The notes beneath the pieces are model-generated. The model was not told the origin of the DNA. It worked only from the letters and a program-made list of their open reading frames with translations, and ran no database searches. Of a stretch of DNA of 64,000 nucleotides, positions 47,349 through 59,277 are shown piece by piece. The number at the start of each line of letters is the position of its first letter. Position 1 is the stretch's first letter. Made by a program: the position numbers and the translations under genes. This DNA is from Oopsacas minuta (lineage: Eukaryota > Animalia > Porifera). The stretch lies in assembly GCA_024704765.1 (NCBI GenBank), contig JAKMXF010000365.1, positions 682,001-746,000 on the forward strand. The letters are read 5' to 3'.

Positions 47349-50300
47349 TCATTCCTCACCCTCTCCCGTCAGGATAGTGGTGAAAGAGAATGGAGTGAAA
47401 CTGTAGCCATCGCCCACATAGAACTTGTTCTGGAATTCAACCCTAATAGATAGAAAGACGTATATATCAAGAAGCAGCTATTAGCTTAATGGCAAATATA
47501 AAATTTAAATTTATACTAACCAATGCAATCTGAGTGCGTGGAGGAAAGCAGACAATCCTTCCATAACCAAGAGTACAGCTATAGTAGCAACTAAAAAGAT
47601 GGAAACAATTTAGTACAGATCACATAGAAGATAATTCAGAAACTTTGTGATTAAATAAATGCTCTACGTCTATGTACGCGTACGTAGAAGCAAAACACTT
47701 TATCAGAACACATATAGTAGTGGAACTTGGTAAGCGTATGAATGAATGGAAATTACCTGCCCACACAGAAAATCCAATAAATATGAAAGGAATCGAGAAA
47801 TATAATGGTTGCATCATTAGAGCTCTTTGTAGAATCTGCTGCCATAGAACTTCTGATAATTCTGTAAAACGTATGTAAACAAGTAGACCAATATATTCAT
47901 ATTGTTATCAGTACGTTAACTGTATTACTACTTACGTGCATGAGCTAAGCTCAGTGCCCATAACCGGAGATAAGAAGCTGTGTTAGAAATACAACCCAGA
48001 CAGAACTCTATTGTATGGATAACTCGATGTACAACTACTTCGCCAACTTCTAACTATAAGAATAATATGATTTATTAAAAGAACCTCAGCTATACCAGCA
48101 TATCATTAGCTCTTAACACATCCGAGTTTATATACATATATGTATTAATATTAATTCCAGGCTGTTATTTGGGGAAAAAGGCACAATTAGCAAATTTATC
48201 CCTGGATTTCTTGTAAAATTCATACTTGCCTGGATTTAACGAGAATCACCAATAATCTGTTACTCGTAAAAAGTCCTGACAACGCCAAATATGTATAGTA
48301 TAATTACCTGATCATCATCCTGTGCAGCAGCAGCATCTCCAGATAGTTCCCCATTAGCTGTAGCTTCTTCATCATCTTCAATCCGTTGATAATTTGCTCT
48401 ATTCCGCTAATTAGGCAAATATAAAATATAATACAATCGAATACACAGGGTATTTTATATAAATTGCAAGTTATTAAAAACACTCACTTTAGCTAGTTTA
48501 TTCTTAATAATGAGGTATAAGGGAGATGGTATTAATAACCAAGGTACAGATATAAGAGCAACCAATACAAGCAGGATCTGAAGGTAACTCTATAGATATA
48601 CAAATTATAGAATAAATAAATATTAATATAATTAGCTGATTTATAGGAGAAGACAAACCTGAAGTTCTGCATCAAATACTACAGTACCCTCTTCAACTGT
48701 AGGAGTTTTACCAAAGCTTAAGAACATAGAGATTAAGACTATAAGTAGCCGAGGTTGCTATAAAAGAGAATAAAGATAAGATAGTAATTTAATAATAGAG
48801 TATTAAATATTATTATTCACTCACTTCTTGCTTATTCACGTAGTATCTGACCCATTTGAAGAATATTAAAAATACTAAATAGCCAAAGATTGAACTCAAG
48901 AACAACATCTACCAACAAACAGAAAATAATTTCAAAATGCACTATCTAAAATAAATAAATAAAATAGTGAGTACCTCTGGAATTAACTGGAAGAATATTT
49001 TGTAGTATTCTTTGAAATGTCTAGAAAAAGATATTACGTAATTTGTCAATAGCGCAATAAGCAGTAACATCAATGATAAATTTGAAAATAAGTATAAACT
49101 TACACATAATTAAATGCAGAGAGAACTATCCCAAACATCATGTGTACAACTCCCAAAATAATGGACATCTTCATCTTGAATGAGTTGAGAATCAACAGTT
49201 TGTTACCAGCTACCTGCCATATCTGTCAAGGAATTGAAGTTTCGATAAATTATTATTAAAGTTTGTATAACTTGTAACTCACGGGATCAATTCCAAATGG
49301 ATAAGGATTATTCCTAGAGAAAGCTTCTACAGGGACAGAGTATATACCATCGCTTACTTTAGAAATTGTATGCCTGAAAAATAAATTATACATCAAATAT
49401 TGTAATAATGAACAATGCCACTATACAATACACTCATCACTTTTTGCAGTGCATAACTAAATGCAATTAAGCTAAATAAAATGAAAATGGACTGTAATTT
49501 CATCCATATAAACTATTAGCAATCATATGCACTAACATAAACGTGCTATTTAACTGGTGGTGGATTTTGATCAGGAGTACGAACTATATATAAAGTTCCC
49601 ACATAAGGCAAAATTATGCTATGAAAAATTACAAATTGCTATTCAATCTTGTGTATTATTCTAAAGGAATTTCATGAAACTTACGTATTATTATCAAGCC
49701 CTAGAGCCATCCTTTGTGTATAATTCAAGCCTGCATCAGTATAGGTTACATTCCAACTTGTACCAAATATATTCATTGATTTCGAGAAGACATCATTATA
49801 AATTATCCCAGTGTAAATAGAGAATAATCCCATAAGTAATAGTATGTAGCGTCCATAAAACATGTTCCCAAATATCTGCAAACAAGCATTATAACACGAT
49901 TACGTAGAGTACTGTTAAAGATGTATTATTTTGTCCATATTTATAAGATAACAATTGAATCTAATTTTAGTAACAAAGTTCAAGTAAAATTTAAAACTAA
50001 ACAAGTATAAAAGGCGAAATATACTACACTAACATACTTTCATTAGTTAGTATATTCAAATGTCTTCAACTAACCCATTCCAAACAAGTGAACCATTATA
50101 TGAGGATGGAACAGAAGATCCGTTCTCCGGGGTTCCATCTCTGAATAACGTACAAACTAATCCTCCAAGAAATTATGAGATGACCCCAATGACAATAAAC
50201 CCAGTAACAGGTCACAGTTATGCACCTACATCAGCTGATAGAATGCTACCTACTGATCATACACAATGTGGAAAGTTTACCACCGAGGAGCCAACAAATT

Positions 50301-53300
50301 TTACAAGTGGCTCTCTTACTCACTTTGTTGGGGACACTTCAGGTCCCTCCGCACCCCCTACACCATCTCATGATCAAAGAATTTACCCCCAAATACATCA
50401 GACATCAGAGATAGAGAATACTAATAGCCCCCAATTACACCACTCTGTTAGTGGAGATGTTGTCAGGATTTATTCTCAGTGTGAAAAGTATAAATACAAT
50501 ATAGATCAAGCTAAAAATAAAATCAAGAACCACATTAATGATTTGCACCAAAAGCTGAATGATCATTATGCTAAACTTGTAGAAGAATTGGATTGTAACT
50601 ACGAAAAGAATGCATTAGTTATAAAAGACAAGGAAGAAGAGATCCAAAGATTAGATAAATGTGAATCTGACTTTCTTAGGACTGGAGGAGATAAAAAAAA
50701 TAGGAATGAGAAACTCCAAAAAGTTTTGACAGAAGAGAAGAGGGACTTAGAGACAGAGATGATACCACTAACTCGTGTAGAGATAAGCTATAAGCCTGAG
50801 TTACTGGGAAATTTAAAAGAAATAATCAATGTAGTAACTTCTCTTAATGTAGCTGATGATACATTAGTCACAGTTAAAAGCAATAAAGAGACTTCAACAC
50901 AAGCAACAGGAAGACATGAGCATACGGAGATCCAGGAGAAGCCTTCCCCTGAACCAACCCCCCCACAAATACACCATTACAGAAATACGCACCATTCAAT
51001 CCTACCACACGGGCCTATAATCTATAATATTCAAATAGGTAAGGATGCTGATAATCTACAAGATCCCACTGGACTTGTTATTGACAAGAAATATAATGAC
51101 GTCATATATGTAGCTGACAAGGAGAAACACCGTGTTCAAGTGTATGACAGATCTGGCCATCACCTCAACACTATAGTCCATGGAGAAGAGATGAGGTATC
51201 CACATAGCGTAGCAGTATCTGAGAAATTCCTATACACATTATGTGCTGGTAATTCTTACGAGTTCCAATACCTACTGAAATTCCATAAAATTAAAGGTAC
51301 ATATCTTGGAAAACGTACTTTGAAAGATATACGTCATATTCCATTGAGTGTTGATGAGGAGAAGATTTATATGGCAACACAAATGGTAGAAGTATTCAAT
51401 CTGGATATGAATTTGTCTGGGACGATTGATATAAAGTTGCATAAGAGAAGTAGTGTAAAGAACATATTCAGTAGCGGTCCCGAGATCAGAGATATATGTG
51501 TAAAGAAAGAAAGGCTGTATCTACTTGTACTGAATGCTGAGCATTCAATACAAAGGTTCTCACTAGAAGGTAATTTGGATCTTCTGCTAGCACCTTTTGG
51601 GGAGTTGAATGACCCACGGTATTTCACAGTAGATAACAGAGGTACCGTGTTTGTAACGGAAGAGAAGGAGGGGAGAGTTAAAGAATTCAAGATTAATGGT
51701 AAGTTGAAAATATACAGTTCTGTTGAGGTAGAAGGGAACACTGAAAAGATAGTAAAACCAATGGGAATAGATGTAGACTCAAAAGGGAAGATAGTGATGT
51801 GTTGTATACAGAAAGATTGGGTATTGAAGGAGCTGTAAGTAACCCTCCCCTACCTTCATACAAGTAGTGAATATATTTACCCTCTATTTATATAATATAG
51901 TAGTCATTTAAAATGTAGTTAGTATGTTTGTACTGTGTTTTCAGTAAAGTGTGTTAAGCACGCTTTTGACGCGTTAAACGCCTGAAACGGTATCCAATCC
52001 TATTTATGATCGTTTAAAAAATCCTGTGTGAGAGACTGATTGTTATTTAATAGTAATTTTCTGTATCTTATCTTAGCATTTTTCTGAGTGTTTAGAGTGT
52101 CAATAAAATGAGTATAATATTTGTAATATTTAGGATAATTACGTCAGATAGGAGATTATATTTCTCTAATTATAAATAGTTCATTCAATTATAGATAAAT
52201 CTTTGTTAGTATTATTCAGCAAGTACTAATTAGCCCGACACAACTACTTAATTGTATTTTTATATTTTGTCATGAATACAAAATATTATTTGGATAAACC
52301 ATAAAATTGGTAATAAGACATACCTCTCCACCAGCTTTCCAATTAGCTAACCTCTTCTCAAATATAATCAGAGATATAGCAAACAAAAACATAAGAAGAC
52401 CATGACCAGCATCTCCAAACATAACAGCGAATAAGAATGGGAAAGTGATGATAGTATAAGGAGCTATATAATAGAAAATAAGTAATAAAGTTTGTTATAT
52501 TAATAGTATGAATAATTTACTTGGATTAACTTCTTGATAATTTCCTATCCCGTACGCATCTACAATAACCTGGAATCCTCCAGTAAACTTATTAGTCTTA
52601 TTGTATGTAGGAGCTGTCAGCTTAGTCTCAGTAGGTCTCAGTATAGACTGTACAGATGCACCTGAATAGTCCTAAACAACACAGAGTTAATAAAAACTAT
52701 AAATAGCAGCTTAATAGGTTGCTTACTGTTCCTCTATTGAGGGCGTCCTGAATCTCATCCATACTCTCTACAGGACACCATCCCTCTGCTATCAAACACT
52801 TAGCAGTAACATCTAGATTGAACATGTTCATTGTATGGTAGATTGCCTTAATTTTCTTCACCTAAAGAATGAGATAAGATAATTATTAAATGTTATATTC
52901 GTGTCAAAATATCAAATTTCTTACTTGTATATTCCAAATCTCCAAATCATTTCCAATTCTACCCAGCTGTTCTTGACTGTGTATGTAAGTCTCATGTAAC
53001 ACCTGATTCAAGTCGTGAATCCTAGCATCTATAGAGGTAAGAGTCTCTCTACGCTCCTGCCTATTCTCTGGACAGGGATAGAGTGTTGCTCGATACCTAT
53101 AAACAATATATATTAACAGCTGGTAATGAAGTATAGTATCGTCAGCTGCTAGGCCACTACACATACCCCTCACATATCTTGGTAACACGATTCTTCAAAT
53201 TCTCTCCTGAGAAGAATAATACAAACACGTCTTTGAATACTTGATTACCCTATTTTAAGAATTATTATAATAAATGCGATATTAGTGGAATATATTATAA

Positions 53301-56300
53301 TTATACCGTGATAGGATCTCGTACAGCATCTGGAATAGCAGCGTGCCTGACGTATACGTTGCCTCTGGTCGCCCTCCAGAGTACCCTCTCAAAACCAGGA
53401 AAGCGTTCTCTCCCAATCGTACCAGTCACAAACCTAAATAATCATCATACATAATATTATAACTGATATAGTATTGTGTTAATTAAGGATACTCACTCTA
53501 GATTAACTCTGCTGAGTTTACCAGCAGCTACTTCTTCCTCACTCTCAGCTCCGTTAGCAATAAGACCTAATTTAAATGATTATTGTAAATTGGAAGAGTT
53601 GATTGTTTGTTAGGTAACAAAGAAATTAATTGAGTACACACCTTGTTGTAGATTATCTGTTGGATGTCTTTGTATGTTAGTTTCTCTCTCAGCCTAATTC
53701 AAATAATTATTAACACAATTTCGTATACAACTCAGAGCTTGTTTTGAAGAAATAGTATTAGTATAGTACGCGTAGATTTAGCTAAGCATATGGATGAAGA
53801 AGTATAATATAACAGAACCATAAGGGAAGCCTGTCATAAAATAAGCTATTGTACATTCGGATAATCAGAATATGCTATGTAGGACTGAGAGTGAAGTAGG
53901 ACATCTGTTGCAGAAGTAAGTTGTAATTAATTTTATAATATTACGATAATATTACATCAGATTCCTTATATATAGCTCAATTATAGTATAGTACAGTTTT
54001 TTGTAATACAAAAACCCCATACCCTCATTCCCAAAAGGTGACTTTCATTAGGCCTAACAAATGACCTTTCCTCGAATATAGAAAAGCTAATACATAAGTT
54101 ATTTGATATTACATATATATATTATTTGCGAGGAATTGAGATTTGATGAAATTGACATTTGGACTAGCGTCCAAATGTCAATTTTTCCAGATTTCCTATT
54201 ATGTCTGCAAGTGTTTATATTCCGACTTATCCATGGTGTAATAATGCAGTATTGTATAGTAAAATGCTAATATGATGTAACAATTAAGCAAACTATAATT
54301 AACTACATGTGTACTCACGTGCTCAAAGTCAACTTGTGCATTGAGTAGGACATGTTTCAGCTCCACAAGATCTATCAAGTTCTTCTGGAGTTGTTCTCTA
54401 TGAGACTCAATGTCTTTCACTTGAGCTTCTAGTTGTTCGAACTCATTCTAAATAAATACGATACAATAAATGTATATCATATAAACTAGAATGTGTGCGA
54501 GTATAGGAGAGGATCAGCCACACCCATATTACATACTGAGACTAGGAAATGTGGGACAGTGTCTTAAGTTCATACAGCTGAGAGGTGTATCATATCTATT
54601 AGTGGGAGGGTTAAAGGGAGAATTATGGCTGGTGAGTACAGCTACAAAGAGACCGTTGTGGACCAATATAACACATGGAAGTGGTGCTATTCTATACGTA
54701 GATGAAATAACTGAAGGAACAGCTATCACTTACGTAAGAAATATATGATGTTAAGCTCGTATATCATGATATACAATAATATAAATAAATGAATTGATTG
54801 TGTGTAGGGGAAAGATCAATTCCTCTGTGTGTGGAGTATCACAGAAGAGAGAGGTGAATTAATACAATCTATAAAGCAAGAACAATACACATTCTGTAAC
54901 TTCACTACACTACTACTATCAGAAGGCTGTTGTCTAGCCTGTATGCCTACATCAGAATACTCTAATATACGTGTATTGAAGATACACAGCAAGTACACGA
55001 GTAGTTCAGAAGAGACAATACTGAAGTCTGTAGGTAAAGCTAAAGAGTGTACAGCACTCAAGGTGGTAGATAGAAACACAGACATTATAGTGCTAGCTGC
55101 ATACTTAGAAGATTCCCTTATAGTATGGAGTCTTACTAGCAGAACTGTACTATTCTTTTTAGAGAATTTGCTTAGTGATAAGATATGCACAATGGATTTT
55201 GATGAGACACGTATGATGGGTGTGATTGGGGGGACGGAGGGGTCATTAGGGGTATTCCGTATCAAAAAGAGAGAGGGAGAGGATGTTCTACTACATGACG
55301 TCATAGATTATAACCTCAATAGTACTGTGAGCTTTGTACGAGTGAGGAGAGATAGGAAGCTAGTGACATGTGGTACAAGCAGTGGTATAGTATATGCTAT
55401 CAGTTGGAAGACTATGAAACCACTAGTACAGTTAAAGTATCATGAAGAATCTGTGTATCAGATGGATTATAGTGTAGAAGGGAGTGATAATATTATAGCA
55501 GTATGTAGTAAGGATAAGAGAATTAGTCTATGGAAACTGTATTGAGCGGAATAGATTGTGCTATTAATTTACATGTGTGTGGAACCTCGTTAATACGCAT
55601 TTCCAGATAAGACGAATACACAAAATCAGATACCTATAATGGTTATTCAATTGGTATTACTCTGAATAAAGCAAAAACTGTTGGATGGGTATTAAAGAGG
55701 TCCCACACTATGAGGTTTGTATTTATACTATACTATGCTAACCTCTAAGTCTATCATAACAGGAGGATCAGGAGCTCTGATATCAAGAGGAGCAGGTTTG
55801 AGGGTTAATCCGGATTTTTTTACTTCTTTAGCGAAGAATCCTAATACAATGTTTCAGTGAAATATACATGAATCTATTTATTTATTGTATTGCTATATTG
55901 TGTTTGTTTGTCTGTCTGTTAGTTTGTTCGATGTCAAATAGTCTCAGAAACTTACTTTCAATGGTTATACAGGGGTAATCGATTACCATGATTCCGAATT
56001 TCTCACTACTCATGTGTAAATAATAGTCGGGTTCTTATGAAAAATTCAAGGCACAAAGTGCCGAGTTATATGCGAAAACAAAGTGTTCATGAGCCGCACA
56101 GTGCGAACAAGCGAAGCGGCTAATATTAGATTAATTTTTCAATAACTTACTCAGCTTTCGCTCCATTTCATCACATCGTCTGACCTCACTAACAAATTTT
56201 CTTTGGAAAGCACTGACATCAGGGTTGAGCTAGAATGAGACAAATAATAGTACGCATATAAAATTATAAATAATAATAATTCGAGAATTAGAATATTTCT

Positions 56301-56488
56301 AACTCACATCTCTGAACTGTACTTTTCCCTATAGAGAGATAAAATAATTAAATTTAATACTTCAAAATTATTTGTGTATGTGTATAACTTACTAACTCTC
56401 CCAGCTCTCTAACACAAGCATACACAGCCTCTGACTGTAGAAAGAGCTGTGCTAGAGACATCTCTTCTGAGCGGAATAATGAACCCAT
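47349..56488 (-). CDS. ATP6V0A1: V-ATPase V0 subunit a, many exons, hosting two nested antisense genes
   Basis: [26 protein letters not shown]|GKVQFRD|[91 protein letters not shown]|VEFQNKFY; stop at 47349-47351. The vertebrate paralog number is nominal. Confidence 0.95.
50060..51838 (+). CDS. Intronless coiled-coil plus NHL-repeat protein (592 aa), nested antisense in a V0a intron (49876-52323)
   Basis: BBC-like coiled coil, then [68 protein letters not shown]. Confidence 0.85.
   Translation: MSSTNPFQTSEPLYEDGTEDPFSGVPSLNNVQTNPPRNYEMTPMTINPVTGHSYAPTSADRMLPTDHTQCGKFTTEEPTNFTSGSLTHFVGDTSGPSAPPTPSHDQRIYPQIHQTSEIENTNSPQLHHSVSGDVVRIYSQCEKYKYNIDQAKNKIKNHINDLHQKLNDHYAKLVEELDCNYEKNALVIKDKEEEIQRLDKCESDFLRTGGDKKNRNEKLQKVLTEEKRDLETEMIPLTRVEISYKPELLGNLKEIINVVTSLNVADDTLVTVKSNKETSTQATGRHEHTEIQEKPSPEPTPPQIHHYRNTHHSILPHGPIIYNIQIGKDADNLQDPTGLVIDKKYNDVIYVADKEKHRVQVYDRSGHHLNTIVHGEEMRYPHSVAVSEKFLYTLCAGNSYEFQYLLKFHKIKGTYLGKRTLKDIRHIPLSVDEEKIYMATQMVEVFNLDMNLSGTIDIKLHKRSSVKNIFSSGPEIRDICVKKERLYLLVLNAEHSIQRFSLEGNLDLLLAPFGELNDPRYFTVDNRGTVFVTEEKEGRVKEFKINGKLKIYSSVEVEGNTEKIVKPMGIDVDSKGKIVMCCIQKDWVLKEL
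54491..55545 (+). CDS. GNB1L: WD40 protein GNB1L/ASA1-like (~326 aa, intron 54734-54807), nested antisense in a V0a intron (54448-55742)
   Basis: N-terminal [10 protein letters not shown]|[11 protein letters not shown], and C-terminal [43 protein letters not shown] match GNB1L. Confidence 0.85.
55885..56123 (+). mobile_element. Hairpin-rich non-autonomous element related to the 27987-28470 arms, in a V0a intron
   Basis: 5' GTTTGTTTGTCTGTCTGTT microsatellite; 3' GGCACAAAGTGCCGAGTT..GAGCCGC..GCGAAGCGGCTAAT shares hairpin motifs with the foldback arm. The 5' boundary is approximate. Confidence 0.5.
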
Positions 56489-57425
56489 CTCTTGTTACGT
56501 GTCTGTCTTAAATTTGCTAATAATACTGGAAATAGAATTTTGAATATTTCGTAACTAAACCCTCAGGATAAATGAGTTTTAACGAATTATCTACGAAATA
56601 CAATACTTCTTGGTGGGCTAGTATATTATAAATACGATTCGAGTTGTCTATTACTTTGAAAAGTAGATTCTTTCCACTTAGCGACGAGGTTATACTTAAG
56701 TGGATTAGAATAGGCAAACCTACTAATCTCTAATATTATATTGACCATGTGGATGAGCTCGTCACATGAATGTAGATGTCTATAGAATTGTATTAGGCTT
56801 TGAGGCTGAATAGAAATGAAATAGAAAACTACGAAATGCAGTCTGCAGCCATTGCAGACAAGAAGCACCTGTTCTCTCTTTCTTTATGACTATACGTACT
56901 TTTCTAAATAATAAGTCTATCATTAGTATTTGAGTCGATTTATCGAGATGGGATATGTAATCTTAAAACACAATTTATTATACGTATTTTGCCAGCCCTA
57001 ACATTTCTTCAGGGAAATTTCTTCGACCCTCACACTCCCTCATACAATAAATCGGGAATTATTATGATAAAGCATATAGTGAACCATAAACATGTGATAA
57101 ATATGCAAAAATGCATTGTACGTAGTAGCTACGCACAAGTTGAACTATGAAACTGATTAAGCAATACAGGCATATACGTCAATGGGTAATTACTAAGCTT
57201 GCGCGCTAAAAGTGCGTAGATCCATAAAAATTGTGAATCTTAATTAAACTGGGTAAATCAGTGGCAAAACATCATATTAAATCTAGCCTTACCCCTCAAA
57301 ACTGTGAGTGAGATATCCACCCTCAGGTCCATGTAAGCTGACCTATAATGAAAGTATCAAAAGTAATTGACCTATTTACCGATAATCTCCTATGGACTGT
57401 CCATAGCTCCATTATTTAGATAGCA

Positions 57426-58637
57426 ATGCCAGTATTCAATCAAATTGAGCCTGTCTACGTATCAAAAGAAGGAGTATCTGATAGCCTCGAGCAGAATGCA
57501 GGACATACACTTAGCAAGATAATTCTACAGCTGAGTAACCTAAGTTTAATAGGGAGTCAATTGATGGAGTCCCTCTTAGGAGAAATAACCAACTTAAACA
57601 AGAGATATTACAATATCAAGAATAGAATAGATACGATGAATATAAAGATAGATAAACTCAATCCTCAATCAGAACACATTTCACCGCCTACTGATGACAT
57701 AAATATAAAACGTAAATCGTATCAGTATAAGCCAGTGTTACTGAGAAACACTTTACCCCCAACACTAACAGATCAGTATAATAGATGTGAAAATCCACCT
57801 CCTTTCCAACAGCTGTTTGGACAAATAACAAGTAGTGAGAGTAGTGAAAGATTCAAATTCTATTCTAATACTGATTATTTCAAGGAATCTTGGTATGAAA
57901 AGAAGAAGCAAGATAAGATTAGAAAACGAATATTAAAAAATAAATTGTTGAGGTTACAAACAACTGAAATCGTTAATGTATTTGAACAAGATGATAAATT
58001 CTATCCTATACCATTACATCCTATGAAACCAAGGGTAACAACTCGTAAACAGTTACAAACTCCACCAGTAACAGAGCCACAAATAGAAGAACAGTCAATA
58101 TCACAATCTGATAACGATGAAATTTCACAGTATACTAGTTACCAGCATGATAACGTAGGTTCATTTGATACTTACTCACGACAAGATTCATTTAACTATT
58201 CAGAATTTGACGAAACAAGTCTACACAGTAAACAACAAGGTAGTTTTTATAGAGATGACTCAAGTGTTATTTATGAAGTATTCGAATCAGCTGATCTGAT
58301 TTCTACAAACTCATCAGATCGTTTAGACAAGCTATCCTTAGGAGATACAGCTGTATTGATGGGACAGGGTAATCTTAACAGATCTATAGAACCTAATTTA
58401 TCACAAACAGATAGCATAGATGATTATAGCGAAACGAGATCTGAAATTATGGAGAAGAGGATTATTCCTGTATTAGAACGTCATGATACAAATAGAAGAG
58501 GATCAGTTGTGAAAGATTTACTCAGGAGTTTAGTTTCAGAGAGAAGAAGATATATAACTAATGAGAGTACCAGTTATAGCAGCCAGTATTCAGATGAATC
58601 TAGTACGGAGTATTCTGAATCAGATGGAGACGATTAA
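57426..58637 (+). CDS. WAVE/SCAR-homology-domain protein with degenerate VCA, intronless, 403 aa
   Basis: TLSKIILQLSNLS..KNRIDTMNIKIDKLNP..RNTLPPTLTDQYNRCENPPPF..KFYSNTDYFKESW matches the WAVE SHD; Ser/Asp/Glu tail. Confidence 0.8.
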   Translation: MPVFNQIEPVYVSKEGVSDSLEQNAGHTLSKIILQLSNLSLIGSQLMESLLGEITNLNKRYYNIKNRIDTMNIKIDKLNPQSEHISPPTDDINIKRKSYQYKPVLLRNTLPPTLTDQYNRCENPPPFQQLFGQITSSESSERFKFYSNTDYFKESWYEKKKQDKIRKRILKNKLLRLQTTEIVNVFEQDDKFYPIPLHPMKPRVTTRKQLQTPPVTEPQIEEQSISQSDNDEISQYTSYQHDNVGSFDTYSRQDSFNYSEFDETSLHSKQQGSFYRDDSSVIYEVFESADLISTNSSDRLDKLSLGDTAVLMGQGNLNRSIEPNLSQTDSIDDYSETRSEIMEKRIIPVLERHDTNRRGSVVKDLLRSLVSERRRYITNESTSYSSQYSDESSTEYSESDGDD

Positions 58638-59277
58638 TATACTGTATCACTACAATAAAGTTATGCACACAGCTCACTACAAAGTATATTTGTTGATATT
58701 GTCATTATTATAATAATAAACGCTAGCTCGTGCAATAATATGTTTACTACTTGCATTAAATTGGATATATAACTGTGAATTTGATAGATGTCAAACTCAA
58801 GACCCTTCGTATACTACACGAACTCTCTGAAGGTCTCAATTACATATTATGGGCAGTTTACATAATGTTATGGGAATATGGAAATGACCACTTTTGGCAG
58901 AATAGCAGACAGCTGATGGATGAACGGATAGACTGTTGTTTCTCTCATAACTGAAACTACGTCGGCCTACATCCTCTGGTTACCCTTACACATAGAAAAT
59001 ATACAATAGCTATTTGCTAGCGGTTGACATAATGATTAATGGAAATTTCAGAATGCATTATGTGGTATCTATCCTCACGAACATAATAAATTCATAAACC
59101 AGAAAATGAAATAATTGCGTGCAGATATCAGTATCACTTCATTAATATCTAAAAACATGTAATTCCATCTGGTATCAAACGTTTTCTAATCATCCCTTAT
59201 TATCTAAACCATTCAGCATAAAATAATCTGTTGGAAGTTATATTTTAGAGAAAAAGCGAATACGACAGCAAGCAGAG

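Noticed and set aside
53481-53496. Perfect U12 donor GTATCCTT 4 nt inside a V0a intron (minus strand GA|GTGAGTATCCTT)
   Set aside because: Using it would introduce TGA in frame, and there is no U12 branch site near the acceptor; the overlapping U2 donor GTGAGT explains the junction.
56517-56875. Small ORFs in the divergent region upstream of V0a
   Set aside because: Non-ATG starts or short length, and no homology or coherent splice model.
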